This document shows positions 7,364-15,167 of a DNA stretch of 64,000 nucleotides, piece by piece. A program made the position numbers and the translations under genes. Each line of letters begins with the position of its first letter. Position 1 is the stretch's first letter. The stretch spans positions 298,573-362,572 of the IMG/VR virus record IMGVR_UViG_3300032132_000001, one strand, 5' to 3'. The notes below the pieces were generated by a model. The model saw nothing but the letters and a program-made list of their open reading frames with translations, ran no database searches and was not told the DNA's origin. Origin of the DNA: a virus.

Positions 7364-8197
7364 CTAGCAGCTGACTTTCCTGAAAGTAACATAGGCACCA
7401 TTGAAATAGAGCGTGTCTGTCGTGGTGCCGCCAGCGCTCGGTTTTAGCGTCATAGTAATCTGCCGGAAATCTGAAACAGGGTTCGGCAGATCATTTAGGA
7501 GGTTGCTAATGCTTATACTAGCGACCGCTCTTGTGGTAGGTGTACCAACTAGTGGCCATTCTGGGCCAAGAGTGAATCCAAAGTTTATTCCGCCACCTTC
7601 AAAATCCCAATCTACAGTGATCGAACCTTCCAAAAACTCTGTGCCTGACTGGCTTAGGACAATCGACAGTCCTGCGTCAGTGGTGTTGAAAGCACCAGAG
7701 AACTTACCACTTGTATCAAGATCAGTAAAGGGAAGACCAGTCGATAGACTTATTGTATCAGAATTTCCTACCGGCCAAGCGATTCTATACATCTCACTGC
7801 CGCCGGTTGATTCTATCCTTGGTGAGGTAGAACCGGTAATAGAAGTGTATCCACTATCTGCTAACTTAGCATTCATTAGTGGAAAATAAACTCTTTGGAA
7901 AGTGCCACCAGCGGCACCGCCCGCCACACCTGTCTGATTTGTATGGTCGATCTGAAGATGATCACCTTTTGATATAATCTCAGATGAACGTAAGCCCGCT
8001 ATGAATCTTGCATCTGCTTGAGAAGAAGGTGTAGCCTTCTCATAGTAGTTTATTATCTTAGTTCTGAGAGCGGTACTGATTCCTAAAAGTCTTGGCTTTC
8101 CCAGTTTGTTCTGATATATTCCATCTACTTTGGTGTCGTCGTCCAGGAACACCGTAATTCCATGGGGTTTGAAAACTACGTCGATTATTTCAGCCAT
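7364..8197 (-). CDS. hypothetical structural-type protein, tandem paralog 1 (277 aa)
   Basis: N-terminus MAEIIDVVFKPHGITVFLDDDTKVDGIY...TGVAGGAAGGTF...RIAWPVGN is clearly similar to 8369-9142; Gly/Thr/Ser-rich like fibre or decoration proteins. Confidence 0.5.
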   Translation of the reverse strand: MAEIIDVVFKPHGITVFLDDDTKVDGIYQNKLGKPRLLGISTALRTKIINYYEKATPSSQADARFIAGLRSSEIISKGDHLQIDHTNQTGVAGGAAGGTFQRVYFPLMNAKLADSGYTSITGSTSPRIESTGGSEMYRIAWPVGNSDTISLSTGLPFTDLDTSGKFSGAFNTTDAGLSIVLSQSGTEFLEGSITVDWDFEGGGINFGFTLGPEWPLVGTPTTRAVASISISNLLNDLPNPVSDFRQITMTLKPSAGGTTTDTLYFNGAYVTFRKVSC

Positions 8198-8393
8198 TGA
8201 CTACATCATCTATCACTTTGTCGATCATTGCTTTCGCTTCTACCTTCTGTTCGGCTGTAAGACCACTTGCGTCTACTGCCGATTTTGCATCAGCAATCAC
8301 TGTGTTCATGTTAGTACCGGTATGATCGGTGGGTGAACCATCGATGTTACAGGTAATCTTATAATCGGTCATATCAATGGTACCTCGACCCAT
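8190..8393 (-). CDS. hypothetical small protein (67 aa)
   Basis: ORF filling the gap between the two paralogs on the same strand. Confidence 0.3.
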   Translation of the reverse strand: MGRGTIDMTDYKITCNIDGSPTDHTGTNMNTVIADAKSAVDASGLTAEQKVEAKAMIDKVIDDVVNG

Positions 8394-9142
8394 GCTGAAT
8401 TTAAGTATACGATATCTGTCGATGAACCGGCAGAAGTAAGAGAGAAGAACACTTGACGTACATCAGTTACTGGCGGAGAACTGAGAGTTCCAATAGACCC
8501 TGCTTGTAGAACTAAGATAGAAGTACTTCCAAGCCATGAAAATAGAGTACTACCAAAGATTCCTCCGCCACCGTCTAGGTCTACAGAAAATGTAACGCTA
8601 CCGCTGACTAACTCTGTTCCATCTTGACTAAGCGCTAAATGTAAAGTAGCGCCCCAGCCTGCCCCTGTGTCATGATCTTCAAATGGTATTCCAGTTGTAA
8701 AAGCAACTCCACCTGTGTTTCCCACTGGCCATGCTATTCTTGTTAGACCACTAGATGTTTCAATACTAGGGGTAGTTGCTCCAGTGATAGAGACTAGACC
8801 AGTAGTAAGCTTTGCATTTTCAAGAGGGAAATAATATCTCCGGACTTCTCCGGTGGCTGCTCCACCTCCAACTCCAGTGACACTAGAGTGATCAACTAGA
8901 GTATGTTCTGCTTCAGTCAGTGATTCATTCGCTCGGATGAAAGCGAGATACCGAATATCTGCTCTCACGCTTGGCGTTGCCCTATTGTAGAAATTTACTA
9001 TTTCAGTACGTTGGGCTGATGTGAACCCTATAATCTGTGGCTTCCCACTCGCACTAGCATAACGCCCTTCGACTTTGGTGTCGTCGTCGAAGTATGCTAC
9101 AATGCTGTGAGATCCAAATACTACATCTATTACGGATGGCAT
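8369..9142 (-). CDS. hypothetical structural-type protein, tandem paralog 2 (257 aa)
   Basis: MPSVIDVVFGSHSIVAYFDDDTKVEGRY...TGVGGGAATGEV...RIAWPVGNTG is a paralog of 7364-8197. Confidence 0.5.
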   Translation of the reverse strand: MPSVIDVVFGSHSIVAYFDDDTKVEGRYASASGKPQIIGFTSAQRTEIVNFYNRATPSVRADIRYLAFIRANESLTEAEHTLVDHSSVTGVGGGAATGEVRRYYFPLENAKLTTGLVSITGATTPSIETSSGLTRIAWPVGNTGGVAFTTGIPFEDHDTGAGWGATLHLALSQDGTELVSGSVTFSVDLDGGGGIFGSTLFSWLGSTSILVLQAGSIGTLSSPPVTDVRQVFFSLTSAGSSTDIVYLNSAWVEVPLI

Positions 9143-9158
9143 AAATTATCTTTGATAG

Positions 9159-9734
9159 CTAGAAGTTGCCTCTTTCATGGCGCAATCCACCTTCCGGTGA
9201 ATGTCCAACAAAGACCAGAACTTTATCCACATGTTGAATATCACGACCTTGGATCCAGCGATTCTTACGTATCATCCCTTTGAAATAGCGCTGATCTTGC
9301 AGCTGGCCCACATTAGCCCATAGAGCTTGGACAAACTCTCTTTTCACTGCGCAGCATGGCGTGGCGTAGCGGAGTCTTGGCCTCTCCGCATTGGCATCCA
9401 TCTTGACCGTAACCATCTTAGCTTTTGGATATTGATGGAAAGCTTCTACGATAGACGTTAGATATTCTGGATGCATAGAATCGTCATCATCGAAGAAGCA
9501 AATCACATCGCCAGAGGCGTATCTGACCCCACGGTTGCGGGCATAAGCCGCACTCTGCCTTTCTCTGTGGACGAAGCACTTTATCCTTGGATCTTCGAAA
9601 GAGTAGGGCTGCGATCCATCGTTGTCTACGATGATGAGAGACCAATCTTGGTGAGTCTGACCTAGGATGGTTTTGATAGTGTTGTCAATACAATGTTGAC
9701 GCTTGAATGTCGGCATGATAATGTCGAACTTCAT
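9159..9734 (-). CDS. family-2 glycosyltransferase (GT-A fold)
   Basis: IIMPTFKRQHCIDNTIKTILGQT...LIIVDNDGS...YARNRGVRYASGDVICFFDDDD matches the GT2 N-terminal pattern with a DXD motif. Confidence 0.7.
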   Translation of the reverse strand: MKFDIIMPTFKRQHCIDNTIKTILGQTHQDWSLIIVDNDGSQPYSFEDPRIKCFVHRERQSAAYARNRGVRYASGDVICFFDDDDSMHPEYLTSIVEAFHQYPKAKMVTVKMDANAERPRLRYATPCCAVKREFVQALWANVGQLQDQRYFKGMIRKNRWIQGRDIQHVDKVLVFVGHSPEGGLRHERGNF

Positions 9735-10114
9735 TCGATTTTCTCCAGGATCTTAGCCCGCAGCTGTACGTACACATCCTGGATAAGTTTTTCATCGAAG
9801 CCGTAGTCGTGCTCGATCACGTACAAATCCCAATCGAGTGACTCAAGACGTGCCTTTTTCTCCCTGTCTCGGCGCTGCCTTTTCAACAGGCGCTTCTTCC
9901 CGCCGATAGCTTTTCTATGGAAGATTCCATTCCATTCGATGGCTATCTTAAGCTCTGGGATGCAAATATCGATCTCAAGAGGCGAAACGATTTCCTTATC
10001 GTTCGGACGTATTATAAGATGAGGGAAGCCTTCGCACAGGAGGTCATACAAATGAGACTCCGACTTGGAGCGGTTTGGGTTCTTAGGCCCACGTTTCCGC
10101 CGCTTCTTATTCAA
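9731..10114 (-). CDS. DUF559/Vsr-like (PD-(D/E)xK) endonuclease-domain protein
   Basis: LEIDICIPELKIAIEWNGIFH ... ESLDWDLYVIEHD resembles the very-short-patch-repair/DUF559 core (hhDFhhPEhKLhIEVDGxxH ... LGhRVLRF); basic N-terminal tail. Confidence 0.5.
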   Translation of the reverse strand: MNKKRRKRGPKNPNRSKSESHLYDLLCEGFPHLIIRPNDKEIVSPLEIDICIPELKIAIEWNGIFHRKAIGGKKRLLKRQRRDREKKARLESLDWDLYVIEHDYGFDEKLIQDVYVQLRAKILEKIE

Positions 10115-10165
10115 CAGAAGGCTTTACGATGATCATATTTATGATATATTTGTCAGGAATGGATA

Positions 10166-10708
10166 GTGACAGAATCTAGACACTGGAAAGCGCAAAGGTG
10201 CGCGATCCTTCTCGATGTACAAAACTTATTCTATGCGACCAAAAACAACTACAGTCGCACAATCGCATATGAGCGATTCTTAGACTGGGCCGCAAGAGGT
10301 CGGTCGCTTGTACGTGCTATAGCGTACACAGTAGAAAAAGCTGATGCAAACCAGGAAAGCTTCAAGCGCTTGCTGTCTGACATTGGCTGTGAACTAAGAT
10401 CTAAGCTGCTGATCGAAAGAAGTGACGGTTCCAGCAAGGGAAACTGGGATGTTGCGATAGCAGTGGATGCGATCCAGATTGCACCAAGCGTGGATGTTGT
10501 GATCCTCGGTACGGGTGATGGCGACTTTGCGTATCTGACTAACGCGCTCAAGTACATGGGAAAGAGAGTTGAAGTCACGTCAGTATCTAACTGCACAGCG
10601 ATGGATCTAATCCAAGCTGCAGATGAATACAGAGAGATACCAGAAGAAGTGATGATGCCAGCTCGGAGTTCTGGGCCTCGATCATATAGTCGCAAAAATA
10701 CTCCATGA
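10166..10708 (+). CDS. NYN-domain (LabA-like, DUF88) putative RNase
   Basis: AILLDVQNL ... GNWDVAIAVDAI ... VVILGTGDGDFAYL are the three conserved acidic motifs of the NYN/LabA domain. GTG start with an AGGAA SD. Confidence 0.6.
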   Translation: MTESRHWKAQRCAILLDVQNLFYATKNNYSRTIAYERFLDWAARGRSLVRAIAYTVEKADANQESFKRLLSDIGCELRSKLLIERSDGSSKGNWDVAIAVDAIQIAPSVDVVILGTGDGDFAYLTNALKYMGKRVEVTSVSNCTAMDLIQAADEYREIPEEVMMPARSSGPRSYSRKNTP

Positions 10709-10927
10709 CGATTATAATCAGACCAAGGAAAGGAACAACATTCCGCTTCCCAAAGAAAGGGAATGTGTTCGGATTAGAGATCAACTTCGACAGCACGAAA
10801 GACTTTAGGACAGATAGGCTAAGAAAAGCCAGGCTATTCAATCAAGGTGTTTCAGTGATTGTGGGCTGTTAATAGGCTCCAATCTTTCACGAACTATTTC
10901 CTAGTACCTAACCTCAGGTAGGACCTC

Positions 10928-11314
10928 ATGTCGCAAGACCTATACATTGATTGCTGTGATTGTGGTGAAGAATTTGTTTTCACCGCTGGTGACCAGGAGT
11001 ATTTCTCTCAGAAGGGTTATGAAGACCCGAAGCGCTGCCAGGGCTGCCGCGCTGCTCGTAAGGGTCGCCGCCCGGATAATTTCGGCAACCGGCGTACCAC
11101 CCCCGACCACGTAGATAGAAGAGACCGTGATCGTGGTAGGTACAACACTGAAGAAGTATTGCTTGACGAGCGCGCCCACTACAAGATCCGTTGCCGTTCC
11201 TGTCGAGAAGAAGCGTTTGTACCCTTCTTCCCGAAAGGCCCGGCTTGCTGCCAGCGATGCCACCACGAACAGAAGACCAGGACCGGCGGCAGAACGGTGG
11301 GCGCGCGTCACTAA
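10928..11314 (+). CDS. double zinc-ribbon protein (probable PF13451-type zinc-ribbon, two copies)
   Basis: CCDCGEEFVFTAGDQEYFSQKGYEDPKRCQGCRAARK fits CxxCGxxFxFxxxEQxFYxxKGxxxPxRCxxCR; a second, degenerate copy is CRSCREEAFVPFFPKGPACCQRCH. Confidence 0.45.
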   Translation: MSQDLYIDCCDCGEEFVFTAGDQEYFSQKGYEDPKRCQGCRAARKGRRPDNFGNRRTTPDHVDRRDRDRGRYNTEEVLLDERAHYKIRCRSCREEAFVPFFPKGPACCQRCHHEQKTRTGGRTVGARH

Positions 11315-11325
11315 GGAGACCGCGC

Positions 11326-11571
11326 ATGGCTATTAGCACCAAGATCAACAAGTCTAAGCACTGGTTGGTAGAGAAGTCCAGAAAGCGTCTTCTCTGCCAC
11401 ATCGAGCAGATGCCGCGCCTACAATTCACCTCTGGCGACATCACCAGCTTCATCGCCGGAAGGACTACCTACGCCGAGGCTTGGCGTCTCATTCGCGAAG
11501 CGGGTTCCGTCCGTCGTGTCGGTGCACCTCGTGGGACCGCGACCCTCTGGCGGAGAGCGAAGCAGCAGTGA
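11326..11571 (+). CDS. hypothetical small basic protein (81 aa)
   Basis: Internal ATG of the track ORF 11191-11571, placed right after the upstream stop with a strong SD (TAAGGAGAC, 7-nt spacer); [21 protein letters not shown]... Confidence 0.4.
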   Translation: MAISTKINKSKHWLVEKSRKRLLCHIEQMPRLQFTSGDITSFIAGRTTYAEAWRLIREAGSVRRVGAPRGTATLWRRAKQQ

Positions 11572-12131
11572 AGTTCAAGAAACCATCGCTCTTCAAGCTG
11601 TGCACCAAAGATGAAGCTACGCTATCCTTACCCTCTTGGCCAGTAACTCTGGAAGAGGGTAAGGAGGTCTTGATCCGGCTGCATCAGCATTTCAACCCAG
11701 ATGAGGGAGTAGGTCTGGCTGCCCCTCAGCTTGGAATCCACAAACGGGTATGCATGATCCATATCTCGGATGACAAGTACCCTGGTGGGTTCAAGCTAGA
11801 CTTGGTCAACCCTATAATCAGAAGCACAGCAGGCGAGACCATTCGCCATAAGGAGATGTGCTTCTCGGTTAGTAAGAGAACTCAGTATGCTGTAGCCAGA
11901 CATACTGAGATCACCGTGGAAGATGACCTCAATGGGGCTGTAACAGTCTCTGGTTTTCCAGCGTTCGTGGTCCAACATGAAGTGGACCATCTTAATGGGA
12001 TTACCATTCGTGCTAAGGGTACCAAGGTCGGAATGCGCCCGATAGTACGTAATGACGTCAAGGTTGGGCGAAATGCGCCTTGCCCTTGCGGCAGTGGTAA
12101 GAAACATAAGAAATGCTGCGGAGACCTATAA
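11481..12131 (+). CDS. def: peptide deformylase with a C-terminal SEC-C zinc-binding motif
   Basis: All three PDF motifs are present: [10 protein letters not shown] (GxGLAAxQ), EMCFS (EGCLS equivalent) and QHEVDHLNG (HExxH). C-terminus [14 protein letters not shown] is the SecA-type SEC-C motif. The start is ambiguous (ATG 11481 or in-frame GTG 11568, the latter abutting the upstream stop). Confidence 0.8.
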   Translation: MASHSRSGFRPSCRCTSWDRDPLAESEAAVKFKKPSLFKLCTKDEATLSLPSWPVTLEEGKEVLIRLHQHFNPDEGVGLAAPQLGIHKRVCMIHISDDKYPGGFKLDLVNPIIRSTAGETIRHKEMCFSVSKRTQYAVARHTEITVEDDLNGAVTVSGFPAFVVQHEVDHLNGITIRAKGTKVGMRPIVRNDVKVGRNAPCPCGSGKKHKKCCGDL

Positions 12132-12466
12132 TGGACCAGCAAGCTCTTGGTAACGATGTCTGGGTGAGGGTGCTACCACCTGACGAGAGAACACCTGGTG
12201 GGTTGATCCTGCAAAGTGCAGAGAGCAACATGGGTGAAATCGTCAACATCGGTCCGGAAGTCCACGAGAAGCAGAAGCTCTACAAACCAAGCCAGCGGGT
12301 AGAAGCTGGAGACTTTATCTGGCTTCCTCGCGGCTCAAAGCTCGGAGAGCAGTACAAGGTTGGGAAAGAGATCTATATTCTCCTCCCCTTCACGCACTGC
12401 CGGTCGAAGTTTACTTCCCAGACTTCTTCGACGACCGACGCTCAGCTTTCGGCAACTTCCGCTTAA
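12131..12466 (+). CDS. groES: GroES-like co-chaperonin (cpn10 fold)
   Basis: Start at the internal ATG overlapping the def stop (TAATG). DVWVRVLPPDERTPGGLILQSAESNMGEIVNIGPEVHE...VEAGDFIWLPRGSKLGEQYKVGKEIYIL follows the GroES pattern (V.V....TAGGI.L........G.V.AVG.G......V..GD.V.F.KYGG.E........Y.I). Confidence 0.55.
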   Translation: MDQQALGNDVWVRVLPPDERTPGGLILQSAESNMGEIVNIGPEVHEKQKLYKPSQRVEAGDFIWLPRGSKLGEQYKVGKEIYILLPFTHCRSKFTSQTSSTTDAQLSATSA

Positions 12467-13043
12467 CCATTACCTTGTCGGCGAACCCGTACTTCACTGC
12501 TTCTTGAGCAGTGAAGTACTTGGTGTTCCGGTACATCTCCAAGAACTCTTTCTTGAGCATGCCCGTCCGTTCAAGGTAGATCTTGTGGACTGTCTGCTCC
12601 ACCTTCTTGGAGTGGTCTGCATAGGCTACTAGTTCCTTCGGAGTTCCCCAGAAGGATTCCTGGCCATCGTGTATCATCATGATAGCGTGTGGAGCCATGA
12701 TTCTTATGTCTGCGGCCTGGAAGATGATACTACCCATGCTCATGCAGTAGCCATATGCAGTGATGGTTACTCGGCAAGGGGAATTGCGAATAGCGTCGTA
12801 GACTGCCATGCCATGATAGTAGTCCCCGCCTGGGGAGTTCATAGTGACAGTGATCGGGTCCTTCGACACTGAATTCAGGATTGTGAACGATTTGATTGCC
12901 ATTTCAGCAATCTCGGCAGTCAACTCGTCGTCGTCGTCACTTCCAATGTAGATGTTTCTGTTTTCGACATCTAGATGATAATCGAAATAGCGCTTGATTC
13001 CTGCGTCTCGATCTTTGGGTTGCTTCCCTTCAGTCATCGCCAA
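12411..13043 (-). CDS. ClpP-family serine protease (S14)
   Basis: TVTMNSPGGDYYHGMAVYD...ITAYGYCMSMGSIIF...IMMIHDGQ aligns to the ClpP INSPGG / ICxGxAASMG / MIHQP blocks (Ser and His present). Convergent 56-nt overlap with the groES-like gene. Confidence 0.7.
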   Translation of the reverse strand: MAMTEGKQPKDRDAGIKRYFDYHLDVENRNIYIGSDDDDELTAEIAEMAIKSFTILNSVSKDPITVTMNSPGGDYYHGMAVYDAIRNSPCRVTITAYGYCMSMGSIIFQAADIRIMAPHAIMMIHDGQESFWGTPKELVAYADHSKKVEQTVHKIYLERTGMLKKEFLEMYRNTKYFTAQEAVKYGFADKVMVKRKLPKAERRSSKKSGK

Positions 13044-13750
13044 CTCCTACCACGGAACATTGTTTTACCATCGGTGATCTTAGCTTGCTCAAACTGAGCC
13101 GGCTGATCTCTATCAGTTGTGATGACGGTAAAACCTTGTTGCCAATTAGCCACGCCAGTGATATACTCTGGGCTCAACTCGCATAGGCAACCATTCTCTA
13201 CAGCGGTGACTTCTCCTCTACCATCCCGTTTGTAGTAGATTCCCAGTCGGTGGGTGTGTCCGAAGATTACTGTGCCATACTCTTCGGCCATCGCCTTCGC
13301 GGTGTACCCTGAGTACTTCCGCACAATATGGCCATGGGTGAACATCACGCCGTCGATGTTGACTTTATTCTCGTATGAGATGTTGAAGTCAGACAAGCGT
13401 AGGAGCTGTGGTACTGTCATTGACCTAAGACAGTACAGCTCCGGGGCTCTGGTAAGAAGATACCGCTGAAGGCGGTCTTCGTGGTTCCCCTCTGTAAAGA
13501 AGATCCGCGCACGGGGGGCGGCAGCCCGAACCTGGCCCATGAGGTCGTAAGCTATGTCGATGTCATCTTGCAACTGGAACTGCCGACTTGGTAGTTTCTG
13601 GAAGCGAGAGACCTGGTAGAAGTCTATCATGTCGCCCATAAGCGCGACGACATCAGGTTCAAGATCTTCTACGACCCTAAGGGCGACGCGCCATGCTTCG
13701 GGTGAGTGGTGGGGGACATGGAGATCCCCCAGGGCGATTATAGTCTTCAA
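13034..13750 (-). CDS. calcineurin-like metallophosphoesterase
   Basis: GDLHVPHH, GDMIDF, FTEGNHE, FTHGH and GHTHRLG are the canonical GDxH/GDxxD/GNHE/GH/GHxH motif set. Confidence 0.7.
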   Translation of the reverse strand: MKTIIALGDLHVPHHSPEAWRVALRVVEDLEPDVVALMGDMIDFYQVSRFQKLPSRQFQLQDDIDIAYDLMGQVRAAAPRARIFFTEGNHEDRLQRYLLTRAPELYCLRSMTVPQLLRLSDFNISYENKVNIDGVMFTHGHIVRKYSGYTAKAMAEEYGTVIFGHTHRLGIYYKRDGRGEVTAVENGCLCELSPEYITGVANWQQGFTVITTDRDQPAQFEQAKITDGKTMFRGRSWR

Positions 13751-13763
13751 TGGTACCTCTCCG

Positions 13764-14444
13764 TTAGTCTATGGAGAGAGGTTTTTCGGACACCTCTAAT
13801 ATCCGCGCCCACCGGGATGCGGGGACGTTGACGAACGAGACCTCTTGGCCTACCATGTCTACAGGGCGGAAGTAGCAGATTTCCTTCACGTTCACACGAG
13901 CTGGGACGTCGTTGAACGGGAATAGTAGAGGAATACCAATAACCCGCTGCACCTGATACGCCTCTCCTGGGCGATGGAAGCAGCTGGACTTTCCGTCGAT
14001 CGAGCAGACTTTCTTGCTGCTTGTGAAACCGATGCTGACGAATTTGAATGTCCCTCTCTGGATCCTGCGGATGGCCACTGGGTCCGTGACTTTTACGGTC
14101 ATCTCTAGGTATGCTTGATGGCGCTCATCGTCGTGCTTTACCTTTGTTTTTTGGATTACTCCGACAGCTTTCAGTGGGTCTCCCCAATCGTGTCCGAGCA
14201 ATACGAGGCGACCTTCATAGGTATGGCCATATTCTTTCAGGAGCTGTTCTGGGATGTCGTATCCCTTAGGTAACTTGCCAGCATAAATGGCTGCTAATCT
14301 AACGTAAAGAACATCAGGCGTAGCAGCTCTAGCTCTTGCGGGCCTTGAGCTTGTTTTTTCGACTGGTCCTGGCTTTGTTTGGATCGATGTTGACCCTATT
14401 AGCAGTGACCCTGCGAGCAACAGGACGATTGGTAAGTTTCTCAT
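13764..14444 (-). CDS. secreted hypothetical protein (226 aa)
   Basis: N-terminus MRNLPIVLLLAGSLLIGSTSIQT is a classical signal peptide; mature part has no recognised motif. Confidence 0.5.
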   Translation of the reverse strand: MRNLPIVLLLAGSLLIGSTSIQTKPGPVEKTSSRPARARAATPDVLYVRLAAIYAGKLPKGYDIPEQLLKEYGHTYEGRLVLLGHDWGDPLKAVGVIQKTKVKHDDERHQAYLEMTVKVTDPVAIRRIQRGTFKFVSIGFTSSKKVCSIDGKSSCFHRPGEAYQVQRVIGIPLLFPFNDVPARVNVKEICYFRPVDMVGQEVSFVNVPASRWARILEVSEKPLSID

Positions 14445-14829
14445 GGTTTTCTCCCAAGACTAACAATTTTCCAGCGCACTCTATGAGGTACTCAATCTGA
14501 GGGTCGATCTCAAATCGATCCCGCCTATCGAGCATGAAAGCTTGTTCGGGGTCCCACTGGTTCAACATCCCTGGGTGCAGTTCGTAGATCTGCTCTTGGA
14601 ACCACAAATAGGTCTCTATGATTGCGTTGAACCACGGTGGACTGTCGTCGCGTTCAAGTTCGACGTACATGGCAACCCTTCCACCCGGTTTAGCCAGTTC
14701 TTCTGGGTCTATTAGCAATACAATTTCGTTGAGGCCGCTCTTAGCTGCCCTTATTTCTTTTACGGAAACGAACCGTTTCGTCTTTATTCTGTATGTGTTT
14801 TTCACGGGGTATTTTTGAATAATTATCAA
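14329..14829 (-). CDS. hypothetical protein (166 aa)
   Basis: ORF; its 3' end overlaps the next gene by about 115 nt in another frame, so one of the two boundaries may be wrong. Confidence 0.35.
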   Translation of the reverse strand: MIIIQKYPVKNTYRIKTKRFVSVKEIRAAKSGLNEIVLLIDPEELAKPGGRVAMYVELERDDSPPWFNAIIETYLWFQEQIYELHPGMLNQWDPEQAFMLDRRDRFEIDPQIEYLIECAGKLLVLGENHEKLTNRPVARRVTANRVNIDPNKARTSRKNKLKARKS

Positions 14830-15167
14830 ACATACCCCATGCTAACAATCATCAAAGCCCCAAGGACGGTCCTCAGTCCGAACGATCCGCCATTGCAAAG
14901 AGTGCGGAATCCGAAGATTATAACTATACAGAGCTGCGGCGGTCAAACGAAACAGGTAATGGATACTGGGAAGCCGATCATTCTACCGCAAGATATCCCG
15001 TGCGCGAGCAAGTTCGGACCCAAAACTCTATTACCACCAGGGAGTCGCCAACCCCTAGTAGAAGCTCGACATATAGCCAGGATTGTTATGTTCGTAAATG
15101 GTATGAGTACCTTCAACCACGCGTAAGAATCCGCAAATATAAATAGAGATGTTTTAGAGGCTATCTG
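14830..15167. promoter_or_regulatory. divergent intergenic region upstream of the giant ORF
   Basis: 338 nt between a leftward array and the rightward 15168 array; the only ORF (14815-15126, Pro-rich) is unconvincing. Confidence 0.3.

Noticed and set aside
10709-10927. Hairpin TTCCC-aaagaaa-GGGAA about 45 nt after the NYN gene, as a terminator
   Set aside because: Only a 5-bp stem and no downstream U-run; too weak to call
10940-11453. Minus-strand ORFs 10940-11311 and 10980-11453 (123 and 157 aa)
   Set aside because: Antisense to the zinc-ribbon gene and to the small SD-preceded gene in a GC-rich stretch; no motifs and no RBS. Long antisense ORFs are expected at this GC content
14815-15126. 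103-aa Pro-rich ORF upstream of the giant gene
   Set aside because: No SD, odd composition, and it sits in the divergent promoter region; could still be a real small protein but is unsupported
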